Notes: generated by a model not told the origin, from the sequence alone. A DNA stretch of 63,327 nt, filler included, from Myxococcota bacterium (GCA_023150835.1; 3 parts of 3 records of this genome joined end to end with filler, not necessarily neighbours in it), one strand, 5' to 3'. Shown: positions 48,032-58,615, counted from the first letter of the whole stretch. Numbers and translations: made by a program.

Positions 48032-50275
48032 ATGCAAGAGGACGCCCCATTGAGCCACTTAGAACAGCGCATCATCGCAGAAGGTCGATACAAACTCCTA
48101 CGCCCCTTCGCACGCGGCGCGCACGCAGAGATCTGGGAAGCCCAACAATCGGGCTTTGAAGGCTTTCAGCGTACCGTTGCCATGAAGATCGTTCGCATCA
48201 CCCCCGAGATACCTGATATATCGCGTGAAAGCCTCTTGCGTGAAGGGCGCCTCGCCGCCATCCTCAACCACCCCAATATCGTCCAGATCTACGATGTCGG
48301 CGAAGAAAACGACCTTGTCTACATCGCGATGGAATATGTTCGCGGCCTCGATCTGCGACGTTGTTTGCTCCGACACACCCAACGCTACAACGCCCCTCTC
48401 CCTTGGCCGATGGTTGCGGGCCTTGGCGCATTGATCGCTCGTGGACTTTACCATGCCCACGAACAAAAAGACGAACGCGGCACCCCCCTTCGCATCGTTC
48501 ACCGAGATATCAAGCCAAGCAATGTGCTGCTTTCTCGGGATGGACTCGTCAAGCTGATCGACTTTGGGATCGCCAAAAGCTTTACCCTCTCAAGCAACCG
48601 TTCTCTCGACTTCAAAGGGACGGTGGCTTATGTTTCCCCCGAACAACTCCTCGCAAAAGAAGTCGATCATCGTAGCGATTTATTCTCTCTTGGCGTCCTC
48701 CTTTATGAGATCCTTGCTGGAACACGCCCATTTGGCCCCAAAGGGGCCGCTTTCGGAGAGATTATGCACGCCATCCTCCAGTCCGAAGTAACACCTTTGC
48801 GCGCATACAACCCAGATATCCCCGCAGTGTTCGACAATTTGGTTTTGTCGCTGCTTGACAAAGAGCCTGCATCGCGCCCCGATTCCGCCCGAGACGTGTT
48901 TCGATGTCTCGAAAACCTTCTGCGCGACGAGCAACACTACATCCACCAAGAAGATTACGCGGACTTCTGTGAGACCCTTTTTCAAGAGCACAGCACAGCA
49001 GTCTCTGAACCTCCCCCTGCTCCGCCCGATACGGCCCCAAACTCTCCCGAACACAACCAACAACAAACCGCCTTGTCTTCGGGCTTTTCGACACTCCCTT
49101 CCCCACCCACCGAAACGGTGGACTACGACCAAGCCACCACCCTCCTGCCCGGGCTTCGGCTTGAAGACTTTCTACCACCTCCCGAGGCCATCCCTCCAGC
49201 AGATCCCGATCTCTCCACCGATCCACAGGCTCTCCAACGCCCGCCCCCCTCTCCCCATCTTCCTTCTTCACGCCCCCGCGCTCTATCTCCCCATGAATCC
49301 GCACAAACCACTACACAGCCTGCCGTGTCTTCCCATAAACCGGCACAAACCACTACACAGCCTGCCGCGTTTTCCCATGAATCCGCACAAACCGCCACAC
49401 AGCCTGCCGTATTCCCTGCCGTATCTCCCCATGAATCCGCACAAACCACGCTCCAACAGGCGATCTCCTCTGATGAGCAAGACGAGATCACGCACCTAGC
49501 CGCCTCTGCTTATTTAACCTCTTCCGACACCGCAAACCTCACCTACCTCAAGGAAGACGACGAAGGCGAAAACACCAACGCCAATCCATCCGAAACATCC
49601 GACGCCTCCGAAGATGCGGGTGATGAAACCAGCCTGTCCCATCCTTCCGCATCCATCGAACTCCCGACATTCGTGTCTTCTCACTCTCAAGGAGCTTTAC
49701 CCGCTCTTGCCGCAACACTCCCTGACAGTGTTGTTCATCTCCACAAACGCCCGTCATCCGTTCCTTATGCGCAGCTTCCTGTCACGCCGCCACACACACA
49801 CCACGTCGCTCACCTCAATGAAACCACCCAACCCACCGACACCACAAACCAAGAACAGACCGATCCGTCCGCCGTTCTCATCGGAAAACTCGATCCAAGC
49901 GAACAAACCAGCCGCTTTTTCATCCCCCCCACTGAAAAAGCCCTCCCCCAAATCGACCCTGTTCCTGTTCTGGTTGGAACGATCTCCCCCGAATCATCGC
50001 CTCTTTGGAACGCTTCTCCGCCCACATCGACCCGATCAACCTCTTCGAACAAACCTTCCACAAACCGACCGTCGCCTCCACCCACCTCTTCGCCCTTTGC
50101 ACACATGCCCTCGATGACTCCCCGCCCAATGCAGCCCCCTTCTTCGATCGCTTCCGAACCGACGGTCATCACCAGCACCCCTTCGCTGCTTCAAAAGCCC
50201 GGATTCTGGATGTTTGTGATCACGCTTTCTTTGCTTGCGGGGGGCTTTGTCGCTTGGTTTCTACGCAAAGGCTAA
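48032..50275 (+). CDS. Hanks-type Ser/Thr protein kinase with C-terminal TM helix
   Basis: VAMK, HRDIKPSN, DFGIAK, GTVAYVSPE, DLFSLG. Confidence 0.93.
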   Translation: MQEDAPLSHLEQRIIAEGRYKLLRPFARGAHAEIWEAQQSGFEGFQRTVAMKIVRITPEIPDISRESLLREGRLAAILNHPNIVQIYDVGEENDLVYIAMEYVRGLDLRRCLLRHTQRYNAPLPWPMVAGLGALIARGLYHAHEQKDERGTPLRIVHRDIKPSNVLLSRDGLVKLIDFGIAKSFTLSSNRSLDFKGTVAYVSPEQLLAKEVDHRSDLFSLGVLLYEILAGTRPFGPKGAAFGEIMHAILQSEVTPLRAYNPDIPAVFDNLVLSLLDKEPASRPDSARDVFRCLENLLRDEQHYIHQEDYADFCETLFQEHSTAVSEPPPAPPDTAPNSPEHNQQQTALSSGFSTLPSPPTETVDYDQATTLLPGLRLEDFLPPPEAIPPADPDLSTDPQALQRPPPSPHLPSSRPRALSPHESAQTTTQPAVSSHKPAQTTTQPAAFSHESAQTATQPAVFPAVSPHESAQTTLQQAISSDEQDEITHLAASAYLTSSDTANLTYLKEDDEGENTNANPSETSDASEDAGDETSLSHPSASIELPTFVSSHSQGALPALAATLPDSVVHLHKRPSSVPYAQLPVTPPHTHHVAHLNETTQPTDTTNQEQTDPSAVLIGKLDPSEQTSRFFIPPTEKALPQIDPVPVLVGTISPESSPLWNASPPTSTRSTSSNKPSTNRPSPPPTSSPFAHMPSMTPRPMQPPSSIASEPTVITSTPSLLQKPGFWMFVITLSLLAGGFVAWFLRKG

Positions 50276-50292
50276 GACGATATCCGCTCTAT

Positions 50293-51612
50293 TTATGGGC
50301 GTGAACGATGGGTCGGAGCAGAAAAGGGCGCAGGTGCAGAAGAAGAAGGAAGGCCGCTGGGTCGAGTCGAGGGTTGTGTCAGAGGGAAGGGATCGCCTGA
50401 TCTTGCGGATGAACGGGAAGAATCGCTTGGTTTGGGTTGAAAGCTTTCGCGGATACGTCGAGCTTCTTGTTCGCTTGGTCCTTGAAGGTGTTCTTTTAGG
50501 ATCAGACTGCGCAAAGACAACAACTGCTGTTGCGTTTTCTTGATGATCTCATCGTCTTGCACGCCATAATTTTCTGCGGCTTGCAGATTTTTCTCAAAAG
50601 CCACGATCGCTTTGTCTAGCAAGACGCGGATTTTTTTCTTGAGCATATCGGCGTAGATCTGCTTTTCTTCTTGGTTCAGGTGTTTTGGGATTGGAGCGCG
50701 CATCATATCGTCGTACATCTGCCGATACATCTCACCGATCTGAAACAGCGAAGACACCACCCAACGCGGATTGCGGATGCGGATCGCCCGAAGGTAGTGG
50801 GCTTGGGCAGTCAACAGCTCACTGGCTTTGTAGTTCAGGTCTTTTTTCATCGAATCCTTGTCGGCCTGAAACGCTCGCGCACGGAAGCGATCGTCGTGCA
50901 AACGACCCAAATAAAACTGGGCCATCGCCGCAAAATAATCGTTGCCAAGGTACTGTTTGGATTTGGCTGAATGGAAAAGCCGCAAGGTACGACGAAAGGC
51001 ATCCTCTGCCATCACCTCGTTTTTGAGATGGTAATATGCAAGTCCCAAACTCCCCAACACTTCGAGCTGATCTGAGGTCTCTACGTCTTTTCGTTCCGCA
51101 AGCTCGCTGTAGATCTTGACGGCGTCCTGAAAGCGCTTGGTGATCAAATAAGCCGCACCAAGGCGAAATTGAGCATCTCGTGACTCTTCGGTATCAGGGC
51201 GCTCCTTCAAGATCCGATGATACAACGTGATCGCGTGGGGGTGTTGTTGGAGGCGCTCGTACGTCAACGCAAGATTGTAAATCGCAAGATGCCGATAACT
51301 GCTTTGCGGAAAGGCCGTCAATAGGCGCATATAGTAGAGGCGGGCTTTGTTATAATCTTTGGTCTGAAACGATTCTCCTGCGTGTTCAAACAAAGATTTG
51401 GGGTGCATCTGTTCGACGTGTACGACCTTTCCATCCTTTGCATAAAAGACCATCGGATCGGCTTGTACAGTCTTTTTGGCGGAGATGCGCACTTGCGAAG
51501 AGGTGGTGCATCCGCTCAAAAAGCCCGAAGCAAGGGCCATCATCAAGGAGAGGCGTACGACATCTACTCTCAAAGCGCGTTGTATGTGGCGGCTCGGTCG
51601 AATCGAAAGCAT
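50293..51612 (-). CDS. TPR-repeat lipoprotein
   Basis: LSG-C lipobox; multiple TPR helices. Start could be 51543. Confidence 0.8.
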   Translation of the reverse strand: MLSIRPSRHIQRALRVDVVRLSLMMALASGFLSGCTTSSQVRISAKKTVQADPMVFYAKDGKVVHVEQMHPKSLFEHAGESFQTKDYNKARLYYMRLLTAFPQSSYRHLAIYNLALTYERLQQHPHAITLYHRILKERPDTEESRDAQFRLGAAYLITKRFQDAVKIYSELAERKDVETSDQLEVLGSLGLAYYHLKNEVMAEDAFRRTLRLFHSAKSKQYLGNDYFAAMAQFYLGRLHDDRFRARAFQADKDSMKKDLNYKASELLTAQAHYLRAIRIRNPRWVVSSLFQIGEMYRQMYDDMMRAPIPKHLNQEEKQIYADMLKKKIRVLLDKAIVAFEKNLQAAENYGVQDDEIIKKTQQQLLSLRSLILKEHLQGPSEQEARRIRESFQPKPSDSSRSSARSGDPFPLTQPSTRPSGLPSSSAPAPFSAPTHRSRP

Positions 51613-51676
51613 GGCGGCGCTCCTTTTTGTTGGCTCCGAAGATTTCACTCGCAGGACACAACAAAAGTCGTGTCCT

Positions 51677-52906
51677 TTATGTGCTGTGTTCGCTATCGGG
51701 AAATGTTGTCGGCGCAACGCCCCCTTGCAGGAGCGTTTGGCTCAAACGTGCAAGCCCGACAAGATCATGGATCTCTTCGTTGACCAGAGGCAATCGCCCC
51801 ACAAAAGGCTTGCCGATCGCACGTTCTCGCAAAAAGACAATCTCACGATGCGCAAGTTCCGCAGCCGCATACACAAAGCGATGATACGCCCGAAGCTCTC
51901 GGGCGATCGTCCCCAAAGCCCCCTGCTCGCCTTGCATCGAAGGAAGTCCCCGCAAGGCCACCTCGATCGCCTGTTCGGACGGCAGATCTGTTTCGTTCAC
52001 GAGCGCCAACCATCCCTCCCCATGACGCAGATAACCCGGAACACGATTGACCCAGAACCCCGCAAAAGGCATCCGCGCTTCCAATAACCGTTTTTGAAAG
52101 AATAAGGCTTCGAGGATCGAGGTGCGCTGCGGGGCCGTGACCATAAAAAATTGGCTGTGTGGTGCGCGCAGCAGCTTTTCGGTTTCTTGCGCATGCAGCC
52201 GAAAACCATCGTACAGCCCGCCAAGTTCTTGTAGCAACTGACTGACATCGTCGATCACTTCTCGGCCTGTCACACGCCCCAAAGCCCGTAGCAGAGACGC
52301 CCCGCCCCAACGCAACAAGCGACCTGCTTGGCTTCCTTCGTCCGAAACGTGCTTTTGAAACCATTGCAAGGGCTGGAAGTTGAGTACCCCCATCAGTCGC
52401 TCAGGCGCTTCCAAAAAGTCGATGGCATTGGCCGTTGGTGGCGTGTCCAACACGATCAGATCGTAGGCTCCCGTCTCCACAAGCTCGTGCAAGCGCGACA
52501 CCGCCATGTAATCTTGCGCCCCCGCAAGCGCCGTACTCATCTGTTGATACCAAGGATTCTCTTTGAGACTTTCGGCGCTTTCCACGCTTGGAGCGTACCG
52601 ATCCACCAGCCGATCGAACGTCTCTTTGTGGTTGAGCATCATCGCAAAAAAGCGCCCATCACAAGCCACGCCTGCCTCCGCAAACCGCGCAGCATCGACC
52701 TCGAATGGATGATCACTACCAAACGCAGAGTTCTCGATCCCAAGCGCGTTGGCCAAACGCCGCGCAGGATCGATCGTCATCACCAAACTTTTGCGCCCCG
52801 CGATCGCCGCCCCCAACGCCATCGCCGCACTGACCGTCGTTTTGCCCACACCACCCGAACCCACATTGACGATCACCCGACTGTCTCGAAGTATCTGCGC
52901 GATCAT
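51677..52906 (-). CDS. ArsA/Get3-family ATPase, second of a pair
   Basis: GSGGVGKTT, TIDPARRLANALG, LDTPPT; ATGA overlap with the upstream gene. Confidence 0.9.
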   Translation of the reverse strand: MIAQILRDSRVIVNVGSGGVGKTTVSAAMALGAAIAGRKSLVMTIDPARRLANALGIENSAFGSDHPFEVDAARFAEAGVACDGRFFAMMLNHKETFDRLVDRYAPSVESAESLKENPWYQQMSTALAGAQDYMAVSRLHELVETGAYDLIVLDTPPTANAIDFLEAPERLMGVLNFQPLQWFQKHVSDEGSQAGRLLRWGGASLLRALGRVTGREVIDDVSQLLQELGGLYDGFRLHAQETEKLLRAPHSQFFMVTAPQRTSILEALFFQKRLLEARMPFAGFWVNRVPGYLRHGEGWLALVNETDLPSEQAIEVALRGLPSMQGEQGALGTIARELRAYHRFVYAAAELAHREIVFLRERAIGKPFVGRLPLVNEEIHDLVGLARLSQTLLQGGVAPTTFPDSEHST

Positions 52907-53946
52907 CCACGCCTCCCGACCTGTTCCATCGACGCCAGATCCGACACCGCAAACGGTGTGCTGTGTTGGCAAACCTCCATCAAGGTCTTCATCATCCCCC
53001 GAAGATCGTGGTCTTCTGGCTGCGGCAATCGCGGAAGCGTGTACGTCGGTAGTTTGACTTCTCGCACAAGCTCCAACAAATACCCTCTCGCTTTATTTAG
53101 ACGATGCAAACCGCCTTCTGCCGCCAACGCCAACGCCACAAGCTCGGGCTCTCGCTGCGCATCCTGATTCAGTCGGTGAAACAGCCGCTCCGCCGCCGTC
53201 TCAAGCATCGGATGTTCCGAAGATTCGGGGTCTAGCGGATGGCGCGGCCATTGATTCAAAAACAGCGCACCCAGCGGCATCTTCAGTTCTTCTCGGATCT
53301 TTTGGCACAACTCGATGGTTTCGTTGGTGGGCATCTCTTCGGGCAAACAGACCAAGTTGATGCACGTCATCCGTGGATCGAGCAACATCCGCTGGATCTT
53401 TTCAGCGGCTTGACGCATCGGCCCGGCAGGTACGGTATCCAACACCACTTTGGCGATCCGCAACAACGCCAGTCCATGCCCCGTCGAAGGCGCATCCAAG
53501 ATCACCAGATCAAAGCGCGGTGCGCCTTTGACTTTGTCTTCTTCGACATGAAACCACACTTTGCCGATAAAGATCAGCTCTTGTAATCCCGGAACCGCCC
53601 GCAAAAAGTAGCGGATCAAACGATTTTCAAACACAAGGTTGTACAGCAAGCGCATCCCGAGAACTTGGACCACATACTCCTTCATCGCAGGAGCGGGACG
53701 GATATTGACCACCGAGATCCGCTCATGGGCCGACCAGATCTGATCGAGCGAGTCGTCCTCTTCGGGCGGTGTTCCTCCTAAATACTGGCTCATGCGCTCC
53801 TTGGCGTTGATCTCGCACACCAACACGCGCTTCCCACGCGCTGCCGCTGCACGCGCCAACATCGCCGACACTGCGCTCTTTCCAACGCCGCCCTTGCCCA
53901 TATTGATGATCAATTGTTTCGACAATAGATGCTCAAGCAAAACCAT
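52903..53946 (-). CDS. ArsA/Get3-family ATPase, first of a pair
   Basis: GKGGVGKS, LDAPSTGH, LPEEMPTNET. Confidence 0.9.
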   Translation of the reverse strand: MVLLEHLLSKQLIINMGKGGVGKSAVSAMLARAAAARGKRVLVCEINAKERMSQYLGGTPPEEDDSLDQIWSAHERISVVNIRPAPAMKEYVVQVLGMRLLYNLVFENRLIRYFLRAVPGLQELIFIGKVWFHVEEDKVKGAPRFDLVILDAPSTGHGLALLRIAKVVLDTVPAGPMRQAAEKIQRMLLDPRMTCINLVCLPEEMPTNETIELCQKIREELKMPLGALFLNQWPRHPLDPESSEHPMLETAAERLFHRLNQDAQREPELVALALAAEGGLHRLNKARGYLLELVREVKLPTYTLPRLPQPEDHDLRGMMKTLMEVCQHSTPFAVSDLASMEQVGRRG

Positions 53947-54253
53947 CTCCTTCCACCCAAACGACACCCCCCTCTCTCACAGCGCACGCCTATTTCGTGC
54001 GACGAAACCGCCTGAACTTGGGTGGTGTGCTTTTCGTGCGCTGTGTCTCAACGAGGCCTTTCGACTGACCCACCACAACGCGCACACGCAAAAAGCAAAG
54101 CATCTATGCACAAAGACGCCCTCCCACGCAATGCTTTTCTACACGCCCTTGCATTCGCTTTGCTCGGGTGTCAACCCACACCGACGAACTCAAGAAGACG
54201 AGTTAACGCGCCTCGGTGCATTCGTATATGAGCAGCAGCGAAGATCTTCGCTG

Positions 54254-54564
54254 TTATTTCAAGATCCAATCCTGCCTTTGTTCTGTAAGAGCTATCGCAC
54301 GAATCGTCGCCCAAACCATCTGTTTGACTTCTCCGTCTGTTTTTTGCTCCACGAGAATCCGATGCTTTTGCAAAGGCGCAAAAAAAGTTTTGGGGATATG
54401 CGGATTGTTTAACGTCGAGCCACGTGTGCTTAGATACAGAGATCTTTCCCGCAAGATATCCAACATTCTTTGTGGGCTGTAGCCATCGGCAAGATCCATC
54501 TGCGTTTTGTATTGCTTTTTTGTCCATTGCTTTTTATGCGGCGATCATCTTGGACGGTGGCCAT
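54254..54564 (-). pseudogene. Possible remnant of the cognate restriction endonuclease
   Basis: ATG immediately after the MTase stop (MATVQDD) that soon leaves frame, plus a short off-frame fragment (..RGSTLNNPHIPK..); AT-richer DNA. Confidence 0.35.
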
Positions 54565-55730
54565 TTAGCCTCCCAACAACTCTAAAACCACTTTTGCGAT
54601 GGCATAACTGACGGGCGGACAAACAGAATTGCCGATCTGCCCTAAAATTTGGTACACAGCCCCATCAAAATGCCAATCTTCTGGAAACCCTTGCAAGATC
54701 GCGCAGTCTTGCACAGACAACCGAAAATGCTCATTTTCGGGTGGAAATTGGCCAGCCATAGTCCGATTTTTTTGCACACCATTCGGCCAGATCTGCAAAT
54801 GGTCCCACACTCGTTGGCTTGCTTTGCTGTTCAGGATGCTCGTTGATTTTCTGGGTCCTGTAAAACCAGATCGCAACGTGGGTGCAAGAGCATCCCATCC
54901 AAGATCCTCCAGCCCCAACGCTTCTCGCACTCCCATCGTGCGGGGTAGAAAACAAAGCAAGTCCCGCTCAAAAGAATGGGTTGGTTGTGGTAAACGAAAA
55001 CGGCGGAATATTTTTTCCGAGCGACAACCAATAAAAAAAAGCCGCTTTCTTGCCTGAGGAACGCCAAAATCGGAAGCACACAACAAAAATCTTGTTATGT
55101 GGTAATTTTTTGAGAGTGGTTCGGAGATCACTTTTTCGACATAATCAGCAAATTTAGGCTCACCAAGGCCCGGAACGTTTTCCGCAACGAAAACAGACGG
55201 TAACAATGCCTTTATCGCTTTTGTAAAAGAGGGCCACATATCGCGACTGTCTTGTGCTCCCTGTTGCTTCCCGGCGACAGAAAAAGGCTGACACGGTGGG
55301 CCTCCATGAACAACGTCGATAGAATCCTGATACAAAGGCCAATCCTGCCGCAAAACATCTCCCTCCACCCCACCAAAAACTTTCCATGCAGGACGGTTTC
55401 TTTGTAACGTTCGCTGGCAGACTTCCAAAACATCGTAGCTTGCGACGTGGTGAACTACTCGGCTCTAAAGAGCCGAGCTTCGGATCAGAAGTCAAAACCT
55501 GCCCGTTCAAACCCCAGATCAAGTCCTCCTCCTCCCGAAAACAGCGAGAGAGCACGAAAACCATTCTTTGGCAGCAGGGGCATCAGCACCTCGGGGTACA
55601 GCTTCGGCTTATTTTCAGGACGAACCACACAGGCGAGATCACCATTCATCGCAGCCACCTTGCGCATCCGCGATCTTTCTGCCACATGGCGATACCACTC
55701 TCGTTTTTTGTCTGAGATCTCGTAAGGCAT
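54565..55730 (-). pseudogene. dcm: DNA (cytosine-5) methyltransferase interrupted by a 41-bp insertion
   Basis: Motif I LFSGGGG lies in the upstream fragment; GGPPCQPFS, ENV, QARKR, QGFP and IGNSV lie downstream. Removing 55450-55490 restores AGFD-HVASYD in frame. Confidence 0.88.
55450..55490 (-). mobile_element. IS200/IS605-type minimal element (PATE-like or internally deleted IS)
   Basis: Inserted 3' of TTGAC with no target duplication; GAAG-CTCGGCTC-TTTA-GAGCCGAG-TAG-TTCAC right-end-like hairpin. Confidence 0.75.
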
Positions 55731-55955
55731 ACAGATCCACCCCAAAGTACGTTAAAAACCACCCAAAACGCGCATAAAAAACAACCACCCCAACGATACC
55801 GTTGGCTTTACCTTCGGCGAAACGAAAACAAGAGAGGCTTCTAATACCTAGCGGAACAAATGTCAAGCAAGACAAGGGACGTGCTTGACATCTTGTGCGT
55901 CCCCGCCTACTTTGCGGGCCGTTTGATGAAACCGCAGCACCTTCGGAGACACACC

Positions 55956-56969
55956 ATGACCGCCCTTATTCACAGCATCCCTTATGATCGCCCTATCCCA
56001 AAAGATCGCCCGCTGCGTATCGTTTTTATGGGGACCCCTGAGTTTGCCGTCCCCACCCTCCAAGCCCTCCTCGACGGGCCTCACGATATCGTCGCCGTTT
56101 ACACACAACCCGACCGCCCCCAAGGGCGTGGAAAAAAACTGACGCCTCCTCCCGTCAAAGTTCTCGCAGAACAAGCAGGCATCCCGCTATTTCAGCCAGA
56201 AAAGTTTGCAACCCAAGACGCTTACGAGCGCTTTTGCAGCGATGCACCCGATCTTGCGGTGGTTGTCGCCTACGGCAAGATCTTGCGCGCTCGTTTTCTT
56301 GCTGTACCGCCCCTTGGCTGTATCAATTGCCACGCCTCGCTTTTGCCCTATTATCGGGGAGCAGCACCGATCCAATGGGCGGTTGCGCATGGAGAAACCC
56401 AAACAGGCATCACCACGATGCTGCTGGATGAGGGCATGGATACAGGCCCGATGCTGCGCTGGAATAGCCTTGCCATCGCCCCCGAAGAAACGGGCGGAAG
56501 TGTCCATGATCGACTGTCATGGCTCAGCGCAACGACACTCACGCAAACACTAGAAGATCTGATCGAAGGCCGCTTGACGTTGACGCCCCAAGATCATAGC
56601 CGCGCCACCCACGCCCCGATGATCCACAAAGACGATCTGTGGATCAACTTTGCCCAGCCTGCGCCCTCCGTTTCAAACTGGGTCCGAGCGCTGGATCCTG
56701 CCCCGGGCGCACGCTGCCTTGATCCCGAAGGTGAAGCGTGGAAGCTATTTGCCTCCGCCCCGGTCGAGCTCGAACACAGCGCCCAGCCCGGTGATTTGTT
56801 GCGTGTCGAAAAAGAGGCGCTGTGGATCGCCTGTTCCCAAGGAGCGATCCGTGTTCAAGAGGTCCAAAAGCCCGCAAAGCGCCGAATGACCGTCCAAGAA
56901 ATGCTCTCAGGAACCCATCTTCCCGAAGGATGGCGCTTTTCTATCCCCGTATCCCCGAAAACCCTCTAG
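55956..56969 (+). CDS. fmt: Methionyl-tRNA formyltransferase
   Basis: FMGTPEFA, TQPDRPQGRG, INCHASLLP.YRGAAPI, GMDTGPM. Confidence 0.96.
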   Translation: MTALIHSIPYDRPIPKDRPLRIVFMGTPEFAVPTLQALLDGPHDIVAVYTQPDRPQGRGKKLTPPPVKVLAEQAGIPLFQPEKFATQDAYERFCSDAPDLAVVVAYGKILRARFLAVPPLGCINCHASLLPYYRGAAPIQWAVAHGETQTGITTMLLDEGMDTGPMLRWNSLAIAPEETGGSVHDRLSWLSATTLTQTLEDLIEGRLTLTPQDHSRATHAPMIHKDDLWINFAQPAPSVSNWVRALDPAPGARCLDPEGEAWKLFASAPVELEHSAQPGDLLRVEKEALWIACSQGAIRVQEVQKPAKRRMTVQEMLSGTHLPEGWRFSIPVSPKTL

Positions 56970-57014
56970 CCCCGTATCCCCGAAAACCCTCTAGCCCTCG
57001 CACGAGTCCAACGC

Positions 57015-58373
57015 ATGTCATCTAATGATTCGCTCAATCCGCGCTCCGCCGCCGCGCAGATCCTTCATCGCGTTCTTCACGAAGACGCTTACGCTGCTCG
57101 CCTTGTTGATCACGCCTTGTCAAAACCCGGATGGGACAGCCGTGATCAAGCACTCTTGACCGAGATCGTCTATGGCGTCTTGCGAAGGCTGCTCTTGCTA
57201 GACCGAGGCATCGGGCGTTTTGCGTCGCGTGGCTTGGATTCGATCGATCCCATGACCCTCCAGCACTTGCGCATCGCTGTCTATCAGATGCTTTTCCTCG
57301 ACCGCATCCCTCACCACGCCATCCTTCACGAAGCTGTCGCCGCCATCCAAGCCCTGCGCGGTCCCAAGATCGCCGGCTTTGCCAACGCAGTCCTTCGCAA
57401 GATCCAATCCCACCTGCGCGATCTTCATCCCCCTGATCCCTTACTCGATCTGCCCGGTTATCTCTCGATCTCCCAAAGCCACCCCGCTTGGTTGATCGAG
57501 CGATACCTCCAACAGCTCGGCCCCGACCGCACCGAAGCTCGCCTCCAAGCCCACAACCAACCCCCTGCCCTCGTCCTTCGCGTCCACGCCCCTTGGGGCT
57601 CACGCGAGGATCTGCTTCGCGTCCTTCAAGAACACGCCATCCAAGCCACACCAACGACCTTTTCTCCAGATGGCCTCCGAGTCGAGTCCTCTTCAGGTCC
57701 GATCATCCAGAAATTATTCAAAGAACTTCCCCAGTCTTTCGTCATCCAAGATGAAGCAGCCCAATGTATCGCCCACCTCCTTGAACCCCAGCCCGACGAG
57801 CGCATCCTTGATGCTTGTGCCGCACCCGGCGGAAAAACCGCCCACCTCGCCTCGCTTGCCCCACACGCCCAGATCACCGCTGTCGATCGACACGCCAACA
57901 AGCTGCACTTGGTCCAAGAAGTCTGTGATCGCCTCCATCTCTCCAACGTCCGCATCCGTCAAGCCGATCTGACCCAGCCCCTCCCCGAAGACGGCTTTGA
58001 CCGCATCCTCTGTGATGCCCCCTGTTCCGGCCTTGGAACGCTTCGGAAAAACCCTGAGATCCGCTACCGCCGCACGCTCCAAGATATCCAGCAACTTTCG
58101 CAAACACAACGAAAGCTGCTTCACCAACTCGCCCTCGCCCTCAAACCCAACGGGCGCTTGATCTATGCTGTTTGCACCGATACACCCGAAGAATGCGAAG
58201 AAACTGTCCAACATTTTCTTCAAGAACATCCCGAATTTTCGATCGAAACCGATCCTCCCTCCCATCTCCCCTCCATCGCTCCTTTGCTCGATGCTTCGGG
58301 CTTTTTCCGCACCTCCCCCGAACAACATCAGATGGACGCCTTTTTTGCCGTTCGATTGCGCAAAAACGCCTAA
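57015..58373 (+). CDS. rsmB: 16S rRNA m5C967 methyltransferase
   Basis: NusB-like N-terminus, QDEAAQ, DACAAPGGKT, DAPCSGLG; follows fmt. Confidence 0.95.
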   Translation: MSSNDSLNPRSAAAQILHRVLHEDAYAARLVDHALSKPGWDSRDQALLTEIVYGVLRRLLLLDRGIGRFASRGLDSIDPMTLQHLRIAVYQMLFLDRIPHHAILHEAVAAIQALRGPKIAGFANAVLRKIQSHLRDLHPPDPLLDLPGYLSISQSHPAWLIERYLQQLGPDRTEARLQAHNQPPALVLRVHAPWGSREDLLRVLQEHAIQATPTTFSPDGLRVESSSGPIIQKLFKELPQSFVIQDEAAQCIAHLLEPQPDERILDACAAPGGKTAHLASLAPHAQITAVDRHANKLHLVQEVCDRLHLSNVRIRQADLTQPLPEDGFDRILCDAPCSGLGTLRKNPEIRYRRTLQDIQQLSQTQRKLLHQLALALKPNGRLIYAVCTDTPEECEETVQHFLQEHPEFSIETDPPSHLPSIAPLLDASGFFRTSPEQHQMDAFFAVRLRKNA

Positions 58374-58408
58374 CGCTACCCCCCTCCCCACCCACAAGGC
58401 AGGACTTA

Positions 58409-58530
58409 TACGAAATCCGCCCGTTGTGTGATCGTAAAAATGTAGGGGCAACCCCCCGTGGCTGCCCAAAAATCGGGCGGTTCGCGAACCGCCCCTACAT
58501 CATGCGATCATACATGACGCGGAGATCGTA
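58409..58530 (+). mobile_element. MITE family A copy
   Basis: TTA|TACGAAATCCG...CGGAGATCGTA|TGA; contains GGGCGGTTCGCGAACCGCCCCTAC. Confidence 0.8.
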
Positions 58531-58615
58531 TGAGAGGGTGTCTAACATAGCGATATCTTTTGGACTGGTAGACAGAAACATCGGAGGAATGGACGTCTTG
58601 TGATGTCCCCTCTCA

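Noticed and set aside
51677-53946. Arsenic resistance operon
   Set aside because: No arsB, arsC, arsR or arsD is present, and these are paired single-domain ATPases
55428-55745. Programmed frameshift or TGA recoding in the MTase
   Set aside because: A discrete 41-bp insertion explains both the stop and the frame change exactly
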